Shown one piece after another: positions 1 to 12,932 of a stretch of 64,000 nucleotides of DNA. Every line of letters starts with the position of its first letter. Positions within the stretch are counted from its first letter, which is position 1. The notes below the pieces were generated by a model. The model was not told the DNA's origin. It did not search any database and was given only the letters and a program-made list of their open reading frames with translations. The position numbers were made by a program, and so were the translations under genes. Source of the DNA: Gracilinanus agilis (taxonomy: Eukaryota); contig NC_058132.1 in assembly GCF_016433145.1 (NCBI RefSeq), positions 466,087,952-466,151,951 on the forward strand. The letters are read 5' to 3'.

Positions 1-924
1 TCTCATCTATTTTCAAAAAATGTTTTCATACTATGTCCTGCATCTCTTTAATGTTGGTTATCTTCCATCTCATTTTCATCTAATATCAGTGAGTTTTGAG
101 CCCAATAAGCATTCAATAAATATTGATTCAGTGATGGTAATTCTTTATTGAAAGGTAATCCTGTTGCTGAAATGATATTTTAAAAATTAATAATAAGCAA
201 TAAAAGCAGTCAACATTTTTCTTCTTTAAAGGGAAGGATGTCCTTAAGAATTTCAAGTATATAGCTCACATATCATTTATTTTATTAAATCTTCGCTATT
301 TCTCTCAGTTAAAAGCAACATCTCCCTTGTATGATCTTAAAGCATTTTCTGCTTCTCATAAGAATTTATCACGTTATTATTCCTAGATTGTAAGCTTCCT
401 CAGGACAGGAATCATGCCATTTATATTTATTTCAATTCTATGAAGTCATTTAAAAGAGATTCTCTTATATAGATAAGTTAATTAAAACATCAAGTTCCAG
501 AATAGCTTAGAATTCTATGAATTCAACACACTTTACTAGACACTAGAGATCTGAAGATGAACATGAAAGAGACCCTACTTAAAGATTATGAAGAAAAGGG
601 CAACTATACCAACAGTCGTAATTAAAAGTAGAGCAAAATAAATGCAAAGGATATATCCAGGAAAAGTAATGGGAAGAATTAATAAAGAGATCTGTTTTCT
701 TGGGCATAAGACAGGGAGTAAAAAGAGAAGTGTTTATGCAGAAAGTCATTTGAATTGAGCCTTGGGAGAATACTCAGAAATTAATGGGACATAATATATT
801 ATCTTTGTGATATATTGTTGTGGTCCCCTGGCTAATATTTTATATAGAATTCTTGTATCTATATTCCTATATCGGCCTATAATTTTCTTTCTTTGTTTTT
901 CCTCTTCCTGGATTAGGTATCAGC

Positions 925-2022
925 ACTGATCAAAGCATAAAGGGAGACATCATGAGCAAATTAGAAAAACAGGGAACATATTATGTATCAGATTTATGGA
1001 TATGAGAAGAATTTATGAATAAATAAGAAATAGAAAGCATTGTGAGATATAAAATGGCTAATTTGGGGTACAATAAGTTGAAGTTTTTATACAAATAAAA
1101 TTAATGTGGCCAAGATGAGAAAGAAAGCAGTAAATTGGGAAAACATGTTATGGATAATTTCTTGGATAGAGGTCATATCTATAATATATGGAGAATTTTG
1201 TCAAATATATAAGAATATGAGCAATTTCTCAAATGATAAATGGTAAAAAGATATGAATAGATAGTTTGGAGATAAAGAAATCAAAGCTACATATAACTAC
1301 ATGGGAAAATGTTCTATATCGTTATTGATTAGAGAAATGCAAATCAAAACAACTCTGAGATATTATGTCATGCCTATCAAATTATTTAAAATGACTAAAG
1401 AAAAAAGTGACAAATTTTTGAGAGGATGTGGAAAAATGGAGACACTATTGGTGGAACTGTGAACTGATCCAAACATTTTGGAGAACAATCTGAAATTATG
1501 TCCAGCAAGTTATAAAACTGTGTTTACCCTTAGACCCAGCAATACCACTGTTAGGTCTGTTTCCCAACAAGAATAGGGAAAAAGGAAAGAACCATATATG
1601 TTCTAAAATATTTATAGCATCTCTCTTTGTGGTGCCAAAGAATTGGAAATTGAAGGGATTCTCATCAGTTGAGGAAAGGCTAAACAAGTTGTGGCATATA
1701 ATTGTGATGGAATACTATTGCTCAATGAGAAATGATAAGCAGGTTAATTTTGGAAAAAAATGAAAAAACCTAAAAGAAATAATGAAGAGTGAAATGAGCA
1801 GAACCAAGAGAACATTATATACAACAACAGAAATATTGTTTGAAGAATGACTTGGCTATGTTCACCTCTAAAGAAAGAACTAAGGAATAGAAATAAGTAA
1901 GACATAGTTTATGTATACACATATTTTTTGGTCAAATGATGCCTTCTCTAATGTGGGAAGGGGTGGGGAGGGAGATACTCAACATCATATTTTAATATAA
2001 CAAACAAATTAATTAAAAAAAT
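925..2022 (+). mobile_element. L1 3' fragment (ORF2 C-terminus plus 3' UTR), decayed
   Basis: Typical L1 ORF2-end sequence (gacccagcaataccactgttaggtctg; atagcatctctctttgtggtgccaaagaattgg), G-rich 3' UTR and A-rich end. Confidence 0.9.
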
Positions 2023-2029
2023 TAATGGG

Positions 2030-2435
2030 AGCTAGTAACAATAATAATTATGATGATCAACTGTGAATGGCAACTATTATCAGCATTGCAAGGATTCAAG
2101 ACAACTCTATGGGACTCAATGGAAAAGGATGTGCACTGCCATAGAAAGAACTGACAATCTGAATGCAGATTAAAACATGGCATTTTTCATTTTATTTCCT
2201 TCCTGAATTTTTTCCTTATATAAGCATTATATGTCTTCTTTCACAAAGGATAAACATGGAAATATGTGTTGTATGACATAGCACATGTATAATCTACATC
2301 ATATTACCTGTCATCTTGAGGAAGGGATAATAGAGGGAAGGAGAGAGTGTGAATTGCAAAGTGCCATAAAATGGTTGTTAAAAATTGCATCTACATGTAA
2401 TTAGGAAAAATAAAATAATAATAATAATAATAATG
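2030..2435 (+). mobile_element. Second, older L1 3' UTR fragment with (AAT)n tail
   Basis: Marsupial L1 3' UTR-like sequence ending aaaattgcatctacatgtaattaggaaaaataaaataataataat. Confidence 0.7.
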
Positions 2436-2449
2436 TTAATGGGAGCCAT

Positions 2450-3150
2450 GTGTGAACAAAGATAGGGGTGGAGTTGTGGTGGGGTGGTAGAAAGATGATG
2501 AAGAATATTCTAGTATGGTTAGAATGTAGAATATATAAAATGGTGTAATATGAAATAAGGCTGGTCAGGTAGGTTAGAACCAATGGATAGATCATGCATA
2601 TAAGAAGAGTAGTTCATTCTTCATCTAATAGGTAATTGGAAGCCACTGAAGGCTTCTGAAAAAAAAGTAACTTGATTAGGATTATTACTGTTAAATTTAT
2701 ATAAGAAATGGATTAGAGAGGTTATAGAGTAAAAGGCAAGAAGGCAAGTTTAAGTCTAAGTCTTAAGTTTAAGTAGTTGTTATAATAGTCTAAGCAGAAA
2801 TATATGTGGATATGAATGAGTAGCTGCCAAGGGAGTGGAGAAGAGGAGACAGATGTGAAAGAAACAAAAGTAAGAGAACTTCATAATTAATTGAATATGA
2901 GAGGTGAGGGAAAGAAAGACAATAAAGATGACTTCATGTTTTAAAACAACCTAGGTGGCTGGGAAGAAAGTGATGTTATTAGTAAAAACATAGACGTTTA
3001 GAAGAAAGGTAGGTTTTGGGGAAAGGCCAATGAACACAGTATGAGATTCCATTGGGAAAATGAAAATTTTCTGATATATTCATCAGGCTACTGGAATGGA
3101 GCTATGGGGAGAGATTGTAGATAGAGATAATGATTTGGAGTCATCTGCAT
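2450..3150 (-). mobile_element. L2 fragment
   Basis: Purine-rich antisense L2 pattern (ggtaattggaagccactgaagg; gatttggagtcatctgcat). Confidence 0.75.
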
Positions 3151-3194
3151 GGACAAGATAGAAGAAAAATCATACACAGAATGTCAAAGAACTC

Positions 3195-3920
3195 TATCAA
3201 TAAGATATATAATTGTTCAAAGGAGACCAACCTAACTATATATGGGAAAAATTCAAGAGGTGAAATGTGCATATTTTTTGGTATGCCATGGAGCTAGAAT
3301 ATTAGGACATTGAGTTAATTCATCAGTACATAAATCTAGGTTAGTACTACAGATAGATAGTGAATTGATTAGGAGGAAGAAATTATATTGGCTTGTACTT
3401 GGGAAACTGCAGTATTTTCATGAAAGTCAGGTTGGTGTACTAGAAAAAGGACTAGATTTAAGAGTCAGGAAGACCTGAGTTCAGATTACATCTCACTTGC
3501 TAGCTGAGTCACTCTAAGTGAGTCACTCAATCCTTCTACACCTCAGTTTCATCGTCCATAAAATAGAGATAATGATGGCAAATGTCTCACAGGGTTGTTG
3601 TAAGGATCAAATGAGAGAACTCCTTAAAAAACTAAAAGCACTGTAGAAATATTTAACTATTGGTACTACTCCTACTACCACCACCAATGCTATCATTACT
3701 GCTGCTGCTGTCTGCTGCTGTTGCTATTGGCTACTGCTACTAAGTTATCGATCTGCTTCTTGGAGAGAAAAAAAATTACATTATACATATAAATATATTT
3801 ATGTATATAGGTATGTGCGTATATATTTATATATGGATACATATGCACATATTAAAATACAAATGTTCTCCCAGTGGTACTCTATAACTATAATTTATGG
3901 AATAACATATAAAGTTGAGG
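3195..3920 (+). mobile_element. RTE LINE fragment split by a MIR
   Basis: RT C-terminal RTE-like text (ELIRRKK..WLVLGKL; aatgttctcccagtggtactctat) on both sides of the MIR at 3432-3668. Confidence 0.6.
3432..3668 (+). mobile_element. MIR SINE
   Basis: gagtcaggaagacctgagttca head; cctcagtttcatcgtccataaaatagagataat core; cagggttgttgtaaggatcaaatgaga. Confidence 0.9.
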
Positions 3921-3931
3921 ATTATCATGAG

Positions 3932-4030
3932 TAGTGGTAACAAACTCAAAGAGAAAAACAGATCCCTGTGGTGGCATATAACTTAGAAATCACAATTTTA
4001 CATTATCTATCTGCTAATATATATGTTTAT
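3932..4030. mobile_element. hAT-type MITE fragment (same family as 39649-39861, opposite orientation)
   Basis: tagtggtaacaaactcaaa...gatccctgtggtggcatataacttagaaatcaca is the reverse complement counterpart of the 39.7-kb copy. Confidence 0.55.
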
Positions 4031-4095
4031 TTGTTTACATACATAAGCATAAAACACACATTTATGTGTACATTTATATGTATACATATACTTTA

Positions 4096-4279
4096 TTTTT
4101 TTTAAACCCTTAACTTCTGTGTATTGGCTCCTTGGTGGAAGAGTGGTAAGGGTGGGCAATGGGGGTCAAGTGACTTGCCCAGGGTCACACAGCTGGGAAG
4201 TGTCTGAGGCCAGATTTGAACCTAGGACCTCCTGTCTCTAGGACTGACTCTCAATCCACTGAGCTACTCAGCTGCCCCC
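4096..4279 (-). mobile_element. SINE1_Mdo-type tRNA-derived SINE (short 3' variant)
   Basis: Full-length; perfect 11-bp TSD catatacttta at 4085-4095 and 4280-4290. Confidence 0.95.
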
Positions 4280-4594
4280 CATATACTTTAAATACACACA
4301 AACTTTGAAAGATTGTTTTAGGAAACAAGGGTAAAAAGAAGATTCTCCATACCTAGCTATATGAGTTTCTGAAAGGTATCATATATATCATATATATCTA
4401 TGGTTATTATGGTTATGTGATTGTGTGACTATATGTGTGTGTATTGTATGTTTGCATTCATATATGTATATATACTCATTAAACATTTCCCAATTACATC
4501 TTAATCAATTTATGCCACAGTCATGTTTATCTGACCCAGGTTTAATACCTTTTACATAGAGGACAATGGAGAAACTCATGATATATGTAAGAAT

Positions 4595-4740
4595 TCTTTC
4601 ATTCAGTTGAGTATTTATGCAATACCTACTGTGTTCTAGGCATTGTGCTGGGTGTTGAGAATATAAAGACAAACATGAAAGAGTCCCTGCCTTCAAGGAG
4701 CTTACATTCTGCAGAGGGGAAGAAAGGATAATATGTGATG
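4595..4740 (-). mobile_element. L2 3' tail fragment
   Basis: tacctactgtgttctaggcattgtgctgg...gtccctgccttcaaggagcttacattct. Confidence 0.85.
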
Positions 4741-4761
4741 AGATAAGTAAGTACATAATAT

Positions 4762-4975
4762 AGGTACTGGACCTGTGATTTCACTGGTATATCAAAATAG
4801 CTCCAAGAAGAAGAAACTCCCTCTACCAGCATAGGCTGGCACCTTCTCTAAAGCTTGTATTTTTTGAGAGATTTCTAGAAAAAATGAGAGGTAAAGTTAC
4901 TTGACTTTATTTATCCAATCAGTATATTTCAGAGGCAGGATTTGAAATCAGTTCTTCCTGGCTTTGAGGCCAGCA
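4762..4975 (-). mobile_element. MIR3/Mar3-like SINE fragment
   Basis: ggacctgtgatttcactggt...gaggcaggatttgaaatcagttcttcctggctttgaggccagc. Confidence 0.65.
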
Positions 4976-5333
4976 ATATTCTATGTTGCCTATCTCCCTC
5001 CTCTCTGCTTCTCTGAATTTCTCTCTGTCTTTGTCACTGTCTCTGTCTATCTCATACATACACATACACACACACAAACATATATACTTTCATTGTCTTA
5101 CTCTGTATTTTTCTTTAGTGCTGAGCCACTTTTCAACACAAAAAAATTAGATGGAATAAACAATGGTAAAAAAGGGTAAGAGTTCCCTGAGAGGAAAAAA
5201 GTGGCAAAGGAATTCTGGGAAGTGTAAGAAATAAAATGGGTATAAAAGGATAGATTTAAAAATATCATGGTTTTAAGGGATTTATTTTGAAAACCATTTA
5301 GAAAAATGAAGCCACATGCCTGTTGAGTTATTT

Positions 5334-5540
5334 ATTTTTTTTTTTTTAAACCCTTACCTTCCGTCTTGGAGTCAATACTGTGTATTGGCTCCAAGGCAGA
5401 AGATTGGTAAGGGTAGGCAATGGGGGTCAAGTGACTTGCCCAGGGTCACACAGCTGAGAAGTGGCCGAGGCCAGATTTGAACCTAGGACCTCCCGTCTCT
5501 AGGCCTGACTCTCATTCCACTGAGCTACCCAGCTGCCCCC
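5334..5540 (-). mobile_element. SINE1_Mdo-type SINE (long 3' variant)
   Basis: Full-length; 13-bp TSD tgttgagttattt at 5321-5333 and 5541-5553. Confidence 0.95.
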
Positions 5541-5814
5541 TGTTGAGTTATTTTAAAGGGACCCGCTATTACCTGCTCCTCCCATCTTCTCTCCTGCTCC
5601 ACAATCACAAAAGAGGAAGTGCCAATCCAGTCCTCAGTCTTTATATTTTTCTCTATGTTATTATGCTTCCTGCCCACATGATTACACAAGAGAGGAAGCC
5701 AGTTGGCTCTTGGGAAATGTAGTTTGAAAGAGCCCTAAAAAGGAAGAGCCTTCCCATAGGAAGTTTAGATCAGGGACCTCAAAATTAGTTCAAGGACTCC
5801 CAAATTTCCAATAT

Positions 5815-6745
5815 CACAGAAGATGGCAGCTTAGAAGCAGCAAGGCTCCAGACCTCTGTAAACCTTTCAACACCAATCAAGGACAAAGGGCTTCAAGGGG
5901 ACATAAAACCAAATCTGACAACAGAACAGAGCTGGGGGATCCTTCTGCTAAACCTAATTTAAAAGGTATGCAGAAAGAAAAAAAAAGAAAGCCTGAATTC
6001 TTTGAACTGTCCATTCCAGAGGGGAAAGAAAAAAGGAAGATCCCAGGTCTCCTCCCCCACCTAAGGTACTGAGTTTCCAGCAGATCCTGGAATTTCTGGG
6101 TGGACAAGAGTGCTAGTCTGGAGGGAGTGCCTCCCTAGCATAGATGTGGCAGACTCAAGGCTTTTATCACAGATGGCAGGGAGGTGACTAAAGGAGAAAT
6201 CCAGAGAGGGTGAACAAACACTCCATATTGTGGTACCCCTACCCCCACCCCCTTCTCAAGGTTTTGACCTCAAGGTACTTTGAGCTCTGCAGATCAACCC
6301 CACCCTGGCTTAATCCTATCAATACAGCAGATAAGAAGTCTTCAGAGGGCAGGGAAGCTCCAACACCCCTCCCCCATAGACTGTAGTGAAAGTAGCCAAA
6401 ATCATATCTTTAGCTTTTATTACCAGCTGGGGAAGATCTGGCCTCAGGTCCCACTAATCTAATTAGTCAACAGAGCAGAGAAGAAGCCCTTCCAGGACTG
6501 AATATCCCAAACCCACAGATCAAGTAAATGATCAAAGGAGCAAGATTACAGCCAATTACAGGGGGGAAAGAAGGAAAAAACAGAAAAAGAAAAAAGAAAC
6601 TACAATTAGATAGCTTCTATCCAGGAATTGAACAAAAAGCAAATGGATCAGAGGAGGATCAAGGAATGCCAAGAAAAAACACAGAAACTCCAATGAAATG
6701 GACACAGGCTTTAGAAGAAGTCAAAATTCAATTAACTCAAGAAGA
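5815..6745 (+). mobile_element. L1 5' UTR plus start of ORF1, 3'-truncated
   Basis: Starts aagatggcagcttagaagcagc like opossum L1 5' ends; ORF 6528-6767 contains ORF1 N-terminal-like KKKK..DSFYPG.EQKANGSEEDQG...KWTQALEEVKIQL. Confidence 0.85.
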
Positions 6746-7786
6746 GTTCCCTGAGAGGTTCCTCTAACTATAGGCCTATGGCCATGTGCCATGAAGTAAA
6801 GAATAGGCTATCAACAACTAACTCTATCACTGCCAGGGTAGCCTTGACCATTCTTCTGTATTGTCCTAGCTTAACTGTCATTATATGTTGTCTCCAATGA
6901 AGAAAATAGGCTAAATAAACTTGCCTGTTCTATTCAGTATCCAAGGCTGTAGAGTCATAGGCAACAATAGAGAAGATGATGGTCCTGAGCTAAGTCAACT
7001 AGCATATTTCTTTAATATTAACTCCAAGTTCTGTCTGCAAATATAAAATATATACAGAGTAATTAAAATAATTTCTAAGGCAGGAAATAAGGAATTCACT
7101 AGAAAATGAAGGAATAAAGAAGGACCTCATGTAAAAGGTGACATTTGAATTGAGTCTTGAAGGAAGTGAGGAATAGAGGTAGAGTTGAGCAAGAAGCACA
7201 TTTCAAACATGGGAACAGCCTTCAAAGAGGTACAGAGATGATAGGATGTGTTATATTATGTATAGAGAACAGAAAATAGGCCAGTTTGGACATGACATAG
7301 TGTGGAATCAGATAGTGAAGTAAAGCTAAGCAATGCAGTTGATATTTTCTCTTACTAGCAACTGGAAATGTTTTGATCAAGGGACTAAGTCTGTGCTTCA
7401 GGTATATCACTTTCACCCTTGTGTGAATGATGGATTGTATAGAGAAGTGACTGAAATCAGGGAAAGCAATAAGAATGCTATTATAATAATTCAAGCAAAA
7501 CGTGAGAAGCATCTGAACTATAATGGAAACTGTGTGAGAGGAGAGATTTGACAGATGCCTCAAGAGTTATTATGGTGGTAGCATTGATAAGACTTGGAAA
7601 TTTATTGCACATGGGTTATTTTTGAAAAAGAGGGAAGAGTGGAAGATGGTTGTGAGTGTGTAAACTTGAATAAAAGGATGATTGTGCCTATTACAAAAAT
7701 AGGAAAGTTAGGTGGAGGAGAAGAGTGAGAAGGGAAGATAATGAGTTCTGCTGTGGACATGTTAAGGTTAAGATGCCTAGGGGATA

Positions 7787-8300
7787 CATAGATGTGAGCT
7801 GAAGCCAACTTTGAACTGACTCATGGGAGCCTCTTATATTATTTTCAGTGTGAGCATTTATACCTCAGAAATTGGCAAAAGCTACAAATTTGGGCTTGAT
7901 TTATTGTCTTGTTGATTATTTAGACTTCGGTGTTATTCAGACATTTGATACTGTCTCCCTTTTCTTGACCTCATGGACCATAGCTATCCATGGGGTTTGT
8001 TTTGTTGTTTTTCAGCAAGGATACTGGAGTGCTTTGCCATTTTCTTCTCCAGTGGATCCAGTGAATTCTTTTGTCAGGAAATCAGAGGCTAAGTGATTTG
8101 CCCATAGCTAAAAAGTATTTGACGCTAGATTTGAACTTGATTCTCCCTGACTCCAGACCCAGCATTTTATACACTGAGTCACTTAGCTACTTCCTTATCT
8201 AGTTTTTAAAAAGTGTTAATAATGTAAATTAAACTTTAAAAGTATGTCTTGCTAACTTTTATTCCTGGAGAGGTTTTTAACCTTCATCAGCACACTCCTG
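7787..8300. mobile_element. MER63-like hAT DNA transposon, itself interrupted by a SINE
   Basis: ttttcagtgtgagcatttatacctcagaaattggcaaaagctacaaatttgggcttgatttattg; end catcagcacactcctg resembles the TIR. Confidence 0.65.
7927..8195 (-). mobile_element. MAR1-type marsupial CORE-SINE
   Basis: gcaaggatactggagtgctttgccatttcttctccag (RTE-derived tail) plus tRNA-like head in antisense. Confidence 0.8.
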
Positions 8301-9934
8301 GGGGCATCCATTTGGAAATGTCCAGTGGGCAGTTGGTAACTTGGGACTTTATAGTTCAGGAGAGGTTCCAGAACTGTATTTATGGATCTGGGAATAATTT
8401 GTCTAGTTGACAGATGTTTGAGACATAACTGAACTCAGAGGAGCTGATGATGTTATTGAGATATGAGAAGAGGTCTAAGGTCAGTGCCCTAGGGTATATT
8501 CACATGTCTAGTTTTGGAACTACAGTAAGACAGATGGTTCTAGTAACAATCGAAAGACCCTAAGTGACTACTAAAAACAAGGAGGGGGCATGGTAAAGGA
8601 AAATTAGATAGTGTCAGAAATAAGCATGGTTTATAATTCTCGTGTATGACTTTAACTATATATTTTGAATACAAGGTAAGACTATAAAAACAAGGTGATT
8701 TATCATCACTGCATAAAGCTTATGGACGGAATCTCATCATTTCATAGTCATGATTCTCTATTGCACAAAACACATGAGTCTCCAAATAAAGTGATTTAGA
8801 CAGAATAGCTGCTCCAAAGGAATCTCACTCAAAGCTTCTCCTACAGAATTGCTCTATTTCTGTGACATGGACCAACATCTGATGCTATAGTATCATCTAA
8901 GCTGATATTCACCTGAAATGGTACTCTGCCATACTTTGTTGAAATTGGATTATACAGTCCTAAACCTGAACCAGTTACAGGATAGCTTTTGATAAAAGAA
9001 AGTAAAATGCTTCTCCTATTTTGACTTCTTTTTTCAATAATAGTGTGTATAGATTCTTCTAAGGCACATAATGTTAAGCCATCAGCACACATTTTAACGA
9101 AAGAATGATTATGGCATGGAATGAAATAAGCTCAAAAAAGCTTCCATTGACTTATCGCTCTTCTTTCTCAGACTTGGTTTTGGAATAAGAAATTTAATAA
9201 TTTAACTCCTGCTGCTTAAAGCAGCCTGAGATGAGAGTTAATTTATCTTCAAAAGTACTTTTTTCCTTTTTTATGTTTTATGCTGTATTAAGTGATTTAT
9301 CCTTTCCTTAAATTGAGGCTGTTCAGTTGGCACATGTGGGTTGAGAGAGGTTATAATTCGCCAGTTCCACACACATTCCTTAACTGATAAAAGTTAAACA
9401 GCCTATATTCAGCTTAGGGTAACAATTGATTTTAAATAATAATAATAATAACTCCAGTTGGCTTGCCTCTGACTTCAGGAAGGAAATGATTTTGAGTATC
9501 TCATGTGTAGCTAAATACATTTCCCTCTTAAAGTTATAAATCTCTGGATGTTGCCAAAATGGGAATGTGAGTTATATGTTGTATTTTGTTCTATAACTGT
9601 AACCAATAAACCACTTACACAAAGCCCATAACTGTGTAAGTTTTAAATTAGTACTAGTTGTAAATTTGTGAATGACTTCTAATCGTTAATATCTGCCATT
9701 CTCTTTAAAATCTATTGGAATGTGATAACTGGCCAGAGTCACAAATGTTCTTCCTGTGCTGAAAGAATTTATTATGGTATGAGCAGAAAGGCAATAAACC
9801 TTACTGAGTTTCAAAGGCTCAACTGCAACATATAGGGAGGTATAGAAGTTGATTTGTTAATCAACTTCTTAATTCCATCTACACTTCTGAAGAAGTAACA
9901 AACCTGGGGAGTAGGTAGAAGACAAAGTGTACCC

Positions 9935-10365
9935 TTTAAAACTGGAGGAAGAACTGATGCAGAGTTAAATGAGCAGAACCAGGAGAACATTGTACACAGA
10001 GACTGTGGGACAATCATATGTAATCAACTTTGCTAATGATAGCAATGCAATGATCCAGGAAAATCCTAAGGGACTTATGAGGAAGAATGCATCCACATTG
10101 AGAGAAAGAACTGTAGGAGTAGAAACACAGAAGAAAAAAAACATATGATTTATCACTTGTTTATATGGATCTATGATTGGAGGTTTTGGTTTTTTAAAGA
10201 TTATGACAAAATGATTAATATGGAAATAGGTATTAAATGATAATACATGTATAACCCAATTGTTTGTCACTCTGGGAAGGGGGAAGGGAAAGGGGATGGA
10301 AAGTACATGAACCATGGAAGCATGGAAAATTACTTAAATAAAAATTAAAAATAAAATAAAAAATA
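9935..10365 (+). mobile_element. L1 3' end
   Basis: gaactgatgcagagttaaatgagcagaaccaggagaacattgtacacagagac...A-rich tail. Confidence 0.9.
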
Positions 10366-10484
10366 TATGGGGGTTTTGGGAAACTTATTCTTCAGCTGGC
10401 AAAGAAAAGGTTATTATTTAGCTGCACGAGTTCCTAAAAGATGGCATCCCAAATGTAAATCATTGTTTATTCCTATTCTGGGTG

Positions 10485-10487
<3 letters not shown>

Positions 10488-10522
<35 letters not shown>
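10488..10522. repeat. (GACA)n microsatellite
   Basis: Directly visible. Confidence 0.95.
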
Positions 10523-10895
10523 AGCTCCAGCATGTGGTTTGGTATAAGAATGCAGAACCTAGGAGGCTGAACATTGGAATTGCAGAGTGGTTAATGTCAG
10601 AGCTCTGTACTCTCCAGCTGCTCACACTTTCAACAGCCAAAATAGCACTGAAGAAGGCATTAAGAGCAGTGTTACTGAGTTACTGATGGGTACTGATATT
10701 CTACTCAGGAAAATTGATGTTGGACAGTAAAACATCCACTTACTTCCTTCTTCCCTACTCTCTTCCTATTACCTGGGGTAAAGAAATGCATTTAAAAATT
10801 TCCTTTTTCCTTAAATTTCTTTATAATTATTGACTTAATTAGTACTTTAATACCAGACAACTAGATAAAATATGAATAATAATAACTTCTTTTGA

Positions 10896-11130
10896 CTAGG
10901 TGGAGTGGTAGATAGAGTGCCAGTCTTGAAATAGGGAAGACTTGGGTTCAAATGTGACCTCAGATACTTACTAGCTATGTGACTCTGAATAAGTCCTTTA
11001 ATCCTGCTTCTCTTACTTTACTCATCTTAGAAAATGTACTAGAGAAGAAAACATCAAACCTTTTCATTATCTTTGGCAAGAAAACCCCAAAGAATTGAAC
11101 ATGACTGAATTGACTGAACAACAAATAAAA
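10896..11130 (+). mobile_element. MAR1-type SINE
   Basis: ctaggtggagtggtagatagagtg head; tatctttggcaagaaaaccccaa...catgactgaattgactgaacaacaa tail. Confidence 0.85.
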
Positions 11131-12499
11131 ATTTTTGAATAGTGGATTACAAAAAGTGGAAATAATGACTGGTCTTGGTATGCACACTAAAATTAATTGC
11201 CCATACAATTGGATACTGATTGGGGCTAAGGAGCATCATGAGATAAAGTAATATTGACATTAATTGTTATAAATGTCCAAAGAAAGCAAAGCTTGATCCA
11301 AGAAATGTGACCTCAGGTGAATGCAGGTTAGTTGCTTTCTGGTAAGAAGTGGGCTGGCAAGTCTTACTTTCTTCTCCATCATTTCCTGTGTCTCATACAT
11401 CAGCAGAAAAATCTTGCTATTGGGGTGCAATTAAGAGCAGTTACTACAGAATAGGTCATGCCTGCCTAGAGAGAGAACTGACAGTACAAAGGCTACATGA
11501 GGATAAAAATGGAGAAGGTTATTGGAGAGGACAAGTTTTAAGAAGAAATTTTTAAACTCTGGAAACTTGAGTGGTGAATATGTTAGAACAGCTCTGGAAT
11601 AGCTGCTGACTGCTTGTAAACAATGGAAACAGAGAGTCTTGTAGCCCTGGACAAGTGGAGAGAGAATGATTCATTTTAATTAAAGGCATCTTATATTCTC
11701 TGAGCCAAAAACTCAGTGCTGCAGTGTAATACCCTTTAAAGAATGGCTCACCATTGGATTATGTGGGTATTTATCATGAAAAGTGACAGTCATTCATATG
11801 AATGGTAGCACTGTTATTGACTTTATAAACATGCGGACATTGTGTTTATATATAAATGCATGCATATATGTAATAAATAGTCAGAATGTTTTGCATATGG
11901 TTCAATGAACACATATTAATAGATTATGTTGATTCATTATTATAAAATACCATTATGGAAACTAGAGCAAAATGCTTTACAAACTCTTTAATATACCCTT
12001 TGTGCTGGTTATTCTATATCGTTCTCTTCATTGGAAAAATTTAAATATATTTGTCTGGGAGATTCTGCAATATTTCCACGTAATTGAGCATTTTTATTAC
12101 CCTTTCATTAAAGAATTGGCTTGAAAAGGGTAGCACATATTGAGGTCAATGAGGTGTAATAAAGTTCTAAAATATAATAATCTCTGCTGCCTTGGGTAAG
12201 ATATATCAAAATTTCCATTTTTTCTATAAAATACACTATTGTAAAAACTGGTTCCAAACTGTAGGTGCTGCACATTGTTCATCTTATGAGATGATAATTT
12301 ACTTTTAAGATCATTTTACTAATATATAATAGGTGAGAGCAAGGTAAAGGAATTAGGAGATGAGACTGCTGGTTGATAAATGACAGAAAATAAAAATGAT
12401 TTAGGACTGTGAATATCACAAGTGTCTTAGGTACAAAAAAGATTTATTTTATCTAGAATATATGAAATGGTCACTTTTACATTTTTACTAGTATAACCT

Positions 12500-12900
12500 A
12501 TAATGCAATATCAACCTTCTGGGCCAGTTTCAATCTTATGGGCTTTCCTCTAAAATAATCTCTTTTTGGCTCATATTTATACCCAGGGTTTCCTCTGGGA
12601 AATTCACAATTTAGCTCATGCCTTGGTCTCCAAAACAAAAGGAAAAGTTCCCCTGGGAGCCCTCAGGCAAAGAATATATCAACTATAGAAAAGGATTTAT
12701 TAAATCTGACCAAAAAAAGCAAAGAGATTAATCTATCTATACCCATTTCTCTTTGGCCATCCTCCATATTCTGGGGGGCCTATTCAAGTTCTTCAGACTT
12801 ATAGTAAATACAGAGGTTTGTGAATTAATTAGGATAAACATTATAATTTTGGTATGGTTTCATTTTGTAATGGCAGCAGTCATCTCTATATAGTACTAGT
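12500..12900 (+). pseudogene. pol: ERV integrase core remnant (heavily degraded)
   Basis: With frameshifts: YGLSSKIIS (cf. FGLP..I.SD.G), PWEPSGKEYIN (cf. PYHPQSSG.VERMN), LAILHIL (cf. LPLAL..IR) in the expected order. Confidence 0.5.
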
Positions 12901-12932
12901 GATACTCGCTGACTCAGAAAGTCTGTCCTTGA

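Larger units (their letters stand above)
7040..8500 (-). mobile_element. L2 ORF2/3' fragment interrupted by a hAT element at ~7787-8300
   Basis: Minus-strand ORFs 7222-7563 and 7602-7808 give L2-like LNYYNSILIAFP and HLNLNMSTAELIIFP; L2 text resumes at 8301 (ggggcatccatttggaaatgtcc). Confidence 0.85.

Noticed and set aside
8841-9092. 83-aa minus-strand ORF with an internal CAG|GTGAAT donor-like site
   Set aside because: Peptide not recognised, weak upstream acceptor, in-frame stop just upstream, and no partner exons; compatible with chance
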